From positions 1-64,000 of the IMG/VR virus record IMGVR_UViG_3300025150_000004: DNA of 64,000 nt; one strand, 5' to 3'. This DNA comes from a virus. A model generated the notes under the pieces. The model did no database searches and was not told the origin of the DNA. It saw only the letters and a list, made by a program, of their open reading frames with translations. Below are positions 26,850 to 35,600 of the stretch, one piece after another (position 1 is the first letter of the stretch; each line of letters starts with the position of its first letter). The position numbers and the translations under genes are program-made.

Positions 26850-27980
26850 ATGCCCGTGGAGTCGCAGATGAACGCAAACCTTCCCGAGATCCTCGCCGCC
26901 CGGAACGTGGCCCGTCAGCGTGCCCGGACGGCGTCCGAAGGTCCGTCAGCGGCCAAAGTGGCCGAAGCGTGGCTGGAGAAGCAGGCGAACACGGGGTACG
27001 ACCACCTCGTCCGCTGCTTCCTGCTCGAAGGCGCTGCGGGCGTCCGGCCCCGGACGTGGGCGAACCAGAGCGCCAGGGCGAACCTCAAGAAGGCGGAGGC
27101 TCGGCTCAAGAGCGAGCACCCCAACATGGACGACGCCTGGTTCACCACCAGGGACACGGGGGCCTGGAAGGTGCTGGAGAACCGTGTCGGGAAGGTCTTC
27201 CGCCAGTTCGGGCTCGACGACGACGAGCGCCAGGACGTGCTCCACCGGGCGCTCTACGGGCTCACCGTGGACCTCTCTCAGGGCAAGATCCCCCTGTGGG
27301 AGGCCGCCCACAGCCACCTCAAGGACGGGATGTTCGAGGGCCGAGAGACGCCCATCACGGTCTGTGCGGGGCTGGCGGGCAAGTGGTTCCACCGCAAGGC
27401 CCTGAGCGAGGCTGGCACCCTCAAGCGGCGTGAGCGCCAGCGGGGCCAGGAACTCGACGTGTACGAGCACGGCGACCGGGTCGAGGATCCCAGCCAGGGG
27501 GGCAAGCCCTTCGGTCAGGTGTTCATCGACATCATCACCGATCCGGGCCATCCCGTTGGCCGCAAGATGAGGAAGTTCATCTGGAGCACGTACCAGGATG
27601 TGGCCCCACGAGAGAAGGCCATCGGCGACCTGTTTTTCGGTTACTTTTTCCGAAAAGGAAAGTTCCCGAGCCGTACTGAGGTGGGTCATCTGTTGGGGAT
27701 GGATATCCCCAAGCCGGGTCAGAAGTCCGACCCTACGACCCTCTCAAGGACCAACGTGTGGAACGCCCTGAACAAGAAGATTCTCCCCCGCCTTGGAGTG
27801 GAGTGGAGGCGTAGGCCGAAGCTCCAGCGTGAGGTCGAGGAGGCCGTGCGTGCCCTCGGAGGGGGTGACCCAGAAGGGTCAGAGTTGGAGTCCATCTTCT
27901 CCCCGGAGGATCTGATGAAATTCGCCCGGATCGACAAGGAGGTCTGCGCCATCCTCCACGGGCCTCCCCCTGTCCGCTGA
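26850..27980 (+). CDS. Hypothetical HTH/sigma-like protein, paralog of 29488..30351
   Basis: AGGAG RBS; shared WFT.(R/K)DTG.W and GL..DL..G.IP.WEA.H blocks. Confidence 0.65.
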   Translation: MPVESQMNANLPEILAARNVARQRARTASEGPSAAKVAEAWLEKQANTGYDHLVRCFLLEGAAGVRPRTWANQSARANLKKAEARLKSEHPNMDDAWFTTRDTGAWKVLENRVGKVFRQFGLDDDERQDVLHRALYGLTVDLSQGKIPLWEAAHSHLKDGMFEGRETPITVCAGLAGKWFHRKALSEAGTLKRRERQRGQELDVYEHGDRVEDPSQGGKPFGQVFIDIITDPGHPVGRKMRKFIWSTYQDVAPREKAIGDLFFGYFFRKGKFPSRTEVGHLLGMDIPKPGQKSDPTTLSRTNVWNALNKKILPRLGVEWRRRPKLQREVEEAVRALGGGDPEGSELESIFSPEDLMKFARIDKEVCAILHGPPPVR

Positions 27981-28002
27981 TCCACCGCCGGTCAACAAGA
28001 CC

Positions 28003-28031
28003 TTGACAGCCAGGCGATCCTGGTTCATGTT
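28003..28031 (+). promoter_or_regulatory. Sigma70-type promoter
   Basis: TTGACA-17-CATGTT. Confidence 0.6.
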
Positions 28032-28037
28032 CCTTGG

Positions 28038-28645
28038 GTTCGACCTTCTCCCCTCGGGGAGAAGTGCCAGCAACGCCCGATCCTGAGCTTCCAGTAGGGA
28101 GACAGCAAGCGGGGTCCACCAAGCCGGGTTCGATCCCCCGGGGAGGTGCTTGGTCTGGTGACCGGGAAACCGGGACGGAAGCCGTTGAGTTGAGTGGACG
28201 CCGTCAGGTCGGATGAACGCTCTTTGATTCGAGAGACCGCCCCCTGAAGCTCATCCCCGAGACCTCGGGGGCGGAGGTCACACCTCGGAGTGCCTAACCC
28301 TCCCTCGGGAGGTACGGCCCGTGGAGGAAGTTCTCGGAGAGGGGGTTCATCTCTCCGGTCAAGGATGGTCCTCCTCGTTCCTTTGGGGTTCTTCTTCCTT
28401 GGGTGGATCGATCTTTAGCCCCTGGAGGGAGTCCGAAGGACGACCGTTTCCAATGATGCTCGTAGTGGATAAGCAGAAGGCGGTCCACAAAAACCTAAAC
28501 GTACCCTCGGTGATGTTCACCTTGCCCGAAGTGTACCCAGAGGCCGCCGGGACCCTAAACTTCGAGAACCTGACCGTAAACTTCACCAGAAGTCCCCCTC
28601 TGAAACCGAAAGTTTCAGTCCCCTGACGGGAAACTCCGATGGCTG
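28038..28645 (+). ncRNA. Candidate large structured noncoding RNA
   Basis: No credible ORF; many hairpins, GNRA-type loops and a T-loop-like GGGTTCGATCCC. Confidence 0.4.
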
Positions 28646-28688
28646 GCTAGTCCTCCTATACTTCTGGTTGGAGTAGAAGGAGGACGGG

Positions 28689-29231
28689 ATGCCTTCCCAG
28701 AAGAGTTACCTGGAGCAGGTCGAGGTCATCGCCATCGGGATAGCCCACCTGCTGTTGGGGAAAGCGAAACCGATCTTCCCCACGACTACAAGGGCGCATC
28801 CGAGCTTCTGGGTGACGGTCCACCTCCTACCTGAAGGAGCCCTGTGGCCGGGGGCAACCCAGCACTTCCCCCACCGAGTTCGTTGGGACATCTGGGACAA
28901 CGTGGTGGTCCCCATCCTCCAGAACGAAGACCACCAGTTCCTCCCGAACAACGGGGCTGATCGCAACTGGAGGCAGGTCGCCCTGCTGGATGCCGGAGCC
29001 TACGACCAGATCGTGAGCAATCTCCAAGAAGCCCTGATTGCGGGCTACAAGGAGAAGGGCTACCTGCCAGCGGATCCAGCACCGTCCATCCCGTTCGTCT
29101 CCCCTCCCTCGGAACCTGGTGGCCCTGTGGACCAGACGCCCGAGGTGGATGAAGAGAGCGAGACCTACGCCCGGTACGATGGGGACGTGGAGCCCCCCAT
29201 CTACATCCGGTTCGACATGGAGATCTCGTGA
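28689..29231 (+). CDS. Hypothetical protein
   Basis: AGGAGG RBS. Confidence 0.7.
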   Translation: MPSQKSYLEQVEVIAIGIAHLLLGKAKPIFPTTTRAHPSFWVTVHLLPEGALWPGATQHFPHRVRWDIWDNVVVPILQNEDHQFLPNNGADRNWRQVALLDAGAYDQIVSNLQEALIAGYKEKGYLPADPAPSIPFVSPPSEPGGPVDQTPEVDEESETYARYDGDVEPPIYIRFDMEIS

Positions 29232-29437
29232 GCCAGCAAGCCGAGGACAAGGACAAGGACGTGGTCTGGATGCACTGCCGGGCCAAGCCGGACAACCAGA
29301 TCGACGCCCACAAGCCCTGTCAGGGCAATCAGGCCAAGGTCGTGTTCCGCAAGCCGAGGTCCATGATGCAGGGGGGTGGATCGATCACCCGCTACCGCTG
29401 CCTGACCTGCAACGGGGTGTGGCACATCACCCTGTAG
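29228..29437 (+). CDS. Small Zn-ribbon protein
   Basis: CR...C...YRCLTC. Confidence 0.65.
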   Translation: MSQQAEDKDKDVVWMHCRAKPDNQIDAHKPCQGNQAKVVFRKPRSMMQGGGSITRYRCLTCNGVWHITL

Positions 29438-29487
29438 GTTTTTAGTCCGGGCGGGTTGCCGGTAGATGAGGTGACAAGGAGATCCTC

Positions 29488-30351
29488 ATGGACCGCCAGT
29501 TCGACCAGATCGCCCGGCTGTTGCTCCTCCAAGGAGCGTTCGACCTACGCCCTATGTTCCCCGGGACCAGAGACCCGGCGACCTACCTCCGCAAGCTGCG
29601 GGATCGGGTTCTGCCTGAGCAACCGGGGATCCATCCCACCTGGTTCACCGAGAAGGACACGGGCATCTGGACCCGTGTGCGGAAGCAGGTCGAGGCCATC
29701 CTCGGCCGGACCGAAGAGGCTCACGATCTTCTCGTAGACTTCCTGTTCGGGCTCCAGGCGGACTTGGGGCGAGGCCGGATACCCGCCTGGGAGGCGGGTC
29801 ACAAGTGGGCCGCCCGGGAGCAGATCCTCAATGGCGGCGGCCCCGACCAGTGGGCGGCTTTCAAGGATTTGCTCCTGTGGGCACATCGCCGGGCCGGGGT
29901 CAAGCTGGAGACGAGACGACGGCGGGCACGGCTGCTCCAGGCGGTCCCACCGGATCCAGCGGTGAGCCCCGAGCCCCCCACGGCAGCCCGCCTCCTGGTG
30001 GAGGCGCTGCTTCTGACGAACGACCTGGGGGAGGCTCTCCGCCAGAAGATGAAGGCGTCTTGGAAGGGGTCGGCCCAGGGTGAGACGATGGACCTCTGGC
30101 TGGACGCCTTTTGCACGGGCAATCCGGTTCAGAAGACGGTCCTCGCCAAGCGTCTCGGTGTGACCGAGGCGGCCATCTCCACCCGGTGGCAGGTGGGGAT
30201 GACCAAGGCGTACCTGGCCATCGCTGCGGATGCGACCTTCCTGCGGATGCTCCGCCAGGCCGGGCTGGAGATCGACCCCTCCATGACCGAGGGTGTGTTC
30301 AAGGGGCTCTCCTTGGTTCGAGACACCATGTTCCCGAGTTCGGGGAAGTAG
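29488..30351 (+). CDS. Hypothetical HTH/sigma-like protein
   Basis: C-terminal LAKRLGVTEAAIS HTH; paralog of 26850..27980. Confidence 0.65.
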   Translation: MDRQFDQIARLLLLQGAFDLRPMFPGTRDPATYLRKLRDRVLPEQPGIHPTWFTEKDTGIWTRVRKQVEAILGRTEEAHDLLVDFLFGLQADLGRGRIPAWEAGHKWAAREQILNGGGPDQWAAFKDLLLWAHRRAGVKLETRRRRARLLQAVPPDPAVSPEPPTAARLLVEALLLTNDLGEALRQKMKASWKGSAQGETMDLWLDAFCTGNPVQKTVLAKRLGVTEAAISTRWQVGMTKAYLAIAADATFLRMLRQAGLEIDPSMTEGVFKGLSLVRDTMFPSSGK

Positions 30352-30396
30352 CCATCACGGTGGCTCCCACGGGGTAGGGTCCCGTGGAGGTCACCG

Positions 30397-31050
30397 TTGT
30401 CCAGCGTCCTGTTCCACGGCCCCAGCGCCCGCCAGCAAGCCCTCAACACCGCCGTCGAGGTGGGCCGCCTCGTTTGCCCCCCCATCGGGGACGGCGGCCT
30501 CAAGGTCGACGAGGTTCGGGAGGCCATGGACATCCTGCTCTCGACCCCCGTGGGGGTCGGGTTCGGTGTCGTGGTCATCGGCCCGATGGACCAGGCGGGG
30601 TCGAACAAGGCCAGTGACGGTCTCCTGAAAATCATCGAGGAGCCGCCCGAGGTCATCCAGCCGTTCCTGTGGGCCTATGACCTGGGGGAGGTCTCCCCCA
30701 CCATCCGGTCTCGCTGCCTGCCCCGATGGTGCCCACCCGTCCCGAACATGGACGACGAGGAGATCGAAGGGGACGGCCGCAAGCTCGTGGAGTCCGCCTT
30801 GGCCGGACGGCTTTGGGAGATCCCGCCCCTGGTGCAGAAGTACTCGAAGAAGGACAAGGACGTGGAGGACGACGAGAGTGGAGCCCAGAAGCTCTGTCGT
30901 CTCCTCCAGGTGGCGGCGGACGGTCTCATCACATCCTGGTCCCCGGAGGCGATGGCCTTGTGGGAGCGGATCCGGCTGGTTGCCCGGAGCACCAACCCCA
31001 GGTTCATCGAGGTCGTGGCAGCTTTCCTCCCCGACCCCCAAGAGGGTTGA
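30397..31050 (+). CDS. holB: DNA Pol III delta-prime-like clamp-loader subunit
   Basis: KVDEVRE, LLKIIEEPP and PTIRSRC motifs. Confidence 0.8.
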   Translation: MSSVLFHGPSARQQALNTAVEVGRLVCPPIGDGGLKVDEVREAMDILLSTPVGVGFGVVVIGPMDQAGSNKASDGLLKIIEEPPEVIQPFLWAYDLGEVSPTIRSRCLPRWCPPVPNMDDEEIEGDGRKLVESALAGRLWEIPPLVQKYSKKDKDVEDDESGAQKLCRLLQVAADGLITSWSPEAMALWERIRLVARSTNPRFIEVVAAFLPDPQEG

Positions 31051-31053
31051 GTC

Positions 31054-31443
31054 TTGAGCCACCTCCCCCTGACGGCGCTGGATCTGAAAGAACTCCACGA
31101 CGACCTGCACCAGCGGGTCCGTGAGGAGTTGGACACCTTCATCGGGGCCAAGGTGACTCCCGACATCGTTGACCGCATGAAAACGGCGGTGGGTGCCCAG
31201 ATTCACATGTTCCTTGAGGAGTCGGGTATCGAGAAGACGGAACTGGACTTCTCGTTCGACATCACCATCGCCGGGGACAACTGGTCCTTGGCCCTGGTGG
31301 CGAAGGGGCTCTTGGCTCAGCAATTCTTGGAGGCGGTCCACTTCGGAACCGAGCGGGTGGACCCGGACCAGCGGGCAGGTCTCCGCCCGTTTGACCCCTT
31401 TGTGGTCGAACGCCCTGATGGATGGCGACGAGCCCCTGTATGA
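31054..31443 (+). CDS. Hypothetical protein; possible +1 frameshift extension to 31528
   Basis: Operon position; the +1 frame restores FDPLW twice. Confidence 0.6.
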   Translation: MSHLPLTALDLKELHDDLHQRVREELDTFIGAKVTPDIVDRMKTAVGAQIHMFLEESGIEKTELDFSFDITIAGDNWSLALVAKGLLAQQFLEAVHFGTERVDPDQRAGLRPFDPFVVERPDGWRRAPV

Positions 31444-31535
31444 AGGCGTCCCTCCGGTTGAAAAGCCGAACCCCTCTTGGGGTGAACCGTTCGATCCCCT
31501 GTGGTCGATCTCGGTGGGAGAGGAGTAGAAGGGGC

Positions 31536-32492
31536 ATGTCCGGTGTGTGGGTCATCTCAGGTTCGCAGGCGCTTCTTCGCCTCCGCCGGGTGAACGAACT
31601 CGTGGCCGCCAACGAGGCGTCCGGGGTGCGAATCGAGCACGCCGACGCCTCGGTTCCTGGGGCCATCGAGGCTGCCATAGAGGGGAACCCGTTCCTCGGA
31701 GGGGGTGGCCCGGCATTGGTGGTGGTGAGCAACCCGGAGAAGGGGGACCTGGACCTGTACAGGTCCCTGGCTAAGGCAAAGAAGCCGGAGGCGCTCCTGC
31801 TGCTGCATTACGAGGGGGAGCCAGATGGGCGGACGAAGTTCGCCAAGTTCGCCGCCGAGTTGAAGGCGAAGCACCAGAAGTTCTCGGGGCCTGGCAAGTG
31901 GACGGCCATCGAGGATGCGGCCGATTTCATCATCAAGGAGGCCAAGGAGCAGCACGGGAAAGAGGTGGATCGGAAGCTGGCTCAGGCGTTGGCTCAGCGG
32001 GCAGGGACCGACTACGGGTTCCTGGTGTTCGAGCTTCGGAAGATGGCGTTGTTGGCCGACGCCGCTGGGTCGAAGGTCATCGACCGGGATCACATCTCGA
32101 CGGGGATGTCGGAACTTCTCCAGGTGGACATTGGGCTTCTGTTCGATGCCATCCGTACCCGGAACCGTCGTGGGCTCCTGGCTACCCTGGACCGTTTGAA
32201 GAAGCGGAGCCGCCAGGACCCCCTCATGTGGGTCACCAGTATGCTCGGTGCGGAGGCGACCAAGTGGCTTCAGGCCGCCAGCTTGGAGAACCTCCCCCCC
32301 AAGGTCGCCGCAGCCGAGCTTGGGGTGAACGCATACTACTTCGAGAAGACCATCCTCCCAGCGGCACGGGCCTGGGGTCGGAACCGGATCATCCGCCTCA
32401 TCAAGGCGCTCGCCGAGGCCGAGAGGGGCCTTTTGGACGGGCACATTGACCCGTGGATAGGGCTCTGTTCTCGCCTTTTGGAGGTCTGTTGA
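31536..32492 (+). CDS. holA: DNA Pol III delta-like clamp-loader subunit
   Basis: DGRTKF.K and LAQRAGTD...ELRKM pattern; size and context. Confidence 0.75.
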   Translation: MSGVWVISGSQALLRLRRVNELVAANEASGVRIEHADASVPGAIEAAIEGNPFLGGGGPALVVVSNPEKGDLDLYRSLAKAKKPEALLLLHYEGEPDGRTKFAKFAAELKAKHQKFSGPGKWTAIEDAADFIIKEAKEQHGKEVDRKLAQALAQRAGTDYGFLVFELRKMALLADAAGSKVIDRDHISTGMSELLQVDIGLLFDAIRTRNRRGLLATLDRLKKRSRQDPLMWVTSMLGAEATKWLQAASLENLPPKVAAAELGVNAYYFEKTILPAARAWGRNRIIRLIKALAEAERGLLDGHIDPWIGLCSRLLEVC

Positions 32493-32645
32493 TAGCCCTC
32501 TCGGGCGGGTACGGTAGAAGGCCAATAGCTCTTGCAGCTATGGAGCGAGTGACGACCAACACGACCTGGTCATAGCCCGGGGAAGGGGCACTGGGCCGGG
32601 TCGTTGCTGTTGGCTTTACCGGAACACGAGAGTGGACGCCCGTCG

Positions 32646-35600
32646 ATGATCTACCACCCGAATCCCCCAACCACAGACCGCAAACCGAGAATTTTCCAAC
32701 TGAACCCCTCCTTCTTGGAGAGATTCCTTGGCCAGCAACCAGCATGGGGGCCGGTGGGGTGGTTTACATTCAAGCGAACCTACGCCCGCCGCCTCTGCAA
32801 CTGCATCGAGGCGTGCAGCCACCCGACCGAGGAGTTCTGGCAGACGTGCCAGCGGGTCGTCGAGGGATGCTTCAACATTCAGAAGGTCTGGAGCCGTTCC
32901 ATGGGGGTCCCGTGGAACGAGTCCAAGGCGCAGAAGTCAGCCCAGGACATGTTCCAGCGGATGTGGGAGTTCAAGTTCACGCCACCTGGGCGTGGCCTCT
33001 GGATGATGGGGACCGACCTCCTGTTCGAGAAGGGTTCAGCCGCTCTCCAGAACTGCTCGTTCGTGACGACCGCCCAGATCAACGAGGACTTCGCTTTCCC
33101 ATTCTGTTTCCTCATGGACATGTCCATGCTGGGCGTGGGCGTGGGCGGCGACACCCGGGGTGCGGAGTCGGTCAAGGTTCTGCCACCCAAGACCACCACG
33201 GACATGCTGGTGGTCGAGGACAGCCGTGAGGGCTGGGTCGAACTCGTCCGCAACGTCCTCAACAGCTTCGTCCACAAGTCGGCTTTCCCGCTCGTGGTGG
33301 ACTACAGCAAGATCCGGCCCCGTGGAGCCCCCATCCGGGGCTTCGGCGGTATCGCCTCGGGGGCCGCTCCGCTCAAGAAGCTGGTCGAGGGGGTCACGAG
33401 GCTCCTGCTGCCCCAGGGCATGTACACCAACTTCGCCAAGTCGGACGACACGGCCGACTCGGTGCGCTGCCTGTTCGAGGGGAACGGCAAGCCCTACAGG
33501 ATCACGTCCAGCCAGATCGTGGACGTGTTCAACTACATCGGCAAATGTCTCCCAGGAAACGCATGGGTGATGACCGTGCAAGGCCCCCGTCAGGTCAAGG
33601 AATTGGTGGGGAAAAAAGTGGACCTGGTCATCGATGGCAAGGTCTACCCGATGGAGTCTGAGGGTTTTTTTCAAACGGGGACGAAGCCCGTCTTGAAGCT
33701 CGTGACCGATCAGGGTTGGGAACTGCGACTCACGGAAGACCACCAGGTCATGTTGGCCGACGGCCGGTGGGTTGCCGCTGGGCAACTGGAGCCTGGGGTC
33801 AAGGTGCGTCTTCACGACCATCAAAACTTCTCCTGGGGGGGTTCTGGCAACGAAGACGACGGCTACGTTCTCGGCCTGCTCGTGGGGGATGGCAGCATTC
33901 GGGATACCGAGTGGGGGGAGCTTGCGATGCTCTTCACCTGGGATCAGGATGCCGGGTCGGCGTCGGTGCGGAAAGTCACCGGAGAGATCGTGGAGAGGAT
34001 GCCTCACCGTGCAGACTGGCAGGGGTGGCGCTACAACGGTGGGGATGGACGGCAGATGCTGTCCAGCAAGGCCCTCACGGTGCTCGCAGCCGAGTACTGG
34101 ATCCGCAAGGGGGCCAAGACCGTCAACGACCGTATTGAGCGTACCTCCAGCGATTTCTACAAGGGGTTCCTGCGGGGGTTGCTGGATGCGGATGGCAGCG
34201 TATCCTCTGACCGCAGGTGCATTACGCTCTCGCAGAGTGACCGTGGGATGCTGCTTGCTGTCCAGCGGATGTTTGGACGGTTGGGCATTCTCTCGTCGGT
34301 GTTCTGGGCTGGGCGGGAGGACGAGTACGTCCTCTACATCGGCGGGGTTGATGCCCAGCGGTGTGCCGAACGGGTTGGTTTTGGAAACACCCGCAAGGCG
34401 GCGGAGATACAAGCGAACCCGTGGGTTCGTGGCCCCTACCAGCGGTCGGCGGTGGCCGTCGTCAAGGCACTTATCCCTGATGGGGATGAGCCGGTCTACG
34501 ACGTTACCGTGAAGGATGTCCACGCTTTCGACGCAAACGGATTCTACGTTCACAACTGTGTCGTGGCCGGTGGGGTCCGCCGCACGGCCGAGATCATGTT
34601 TGGAGAGCCCGACGACTTGGTTTTTCTCGACCTCAAGTCGAACGCCGATCTGCTCCCCCTGTACGAGAGGAAAGCGAAGCTCACCGAAGAGCTTCGGGGT
34701 GCTGCGGAGGCGGGTCTTCCAACGGCGGCGCTGGAGGAACAGGCCGCCGAGGTCGAGGCTGCCATCGCCGCCCACCCACTGAACGACCGACGGTGGGCCT
34801 CGAACAACAGCGTCTTCGGCCACGTCGGGATGGACTACACGGAGATCGCCAAGCAGATCGCCGAGAACGGCGAGCCCGGCATCTTCTGGATCGAGAACGC
34901 CCGCCGGTTCAGCCGGATGGGGGATCCGGCGGACAACAAGGACTATCGGGTGATGGGCACGAACCCCTGCGTCACGGGGGACACCCTCGTTTTCACGGGG
35001 AAGGGTCCTGTTCGGGCGGACAAGCTCGTCGGGCGGCCATTTCACGCCATCGTGGATGGTGGGGCCTACCGCTGCGAGGGCTTCTTCCAGACGGGCGTGA
35101 AGCCGGTGTTCCTCCTCCAGACGAAGGAGGGGCACTCCATTCGTGTCACTGCTGACCACCAAATCCTCATGGCCACCAAGGTCACCCGGAAGAAGCGGTA
35201 CGAGGCGTGGGTCGAGGCGCAGGACTTGGAGCCCGGCGACAAGGTCGTGCTCAACAACGTCAGAACCTTCGAGTCCAGCACGGGTGACTCGGCCCCGCTG
35301 GAGTGGGCGGGTCTCGGAACGGCCGAGGAGGGGTGGCTGTTCGGCAACCTGCTCGGTGATGGCCATTTCCACACCGAGCGGGAGACGGCTACCCTCCAGT
35401 TCTGGGGGTCCACCAAGGAGGCGATGCTGGAAATCGCCCTCCGCCGGATCGAGTCCCTCGGGGGGGACCCCCGTTACCACCAGATGCGGACGGGTTCGGA
35501 AGTTGCTGACCGGGATCTGGTCACGACTGGAAGTCGCCGACTGTGGGAGTTGGCCCCGGAGTTCGGGATCTCTCACGCCAAGGAGATCATCAACGACAAC

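Noticed and set aside
32520-32645. Cobalamin riboswitch
   Set aside because: No B12 box or CCCGCAACUGU-like motif.
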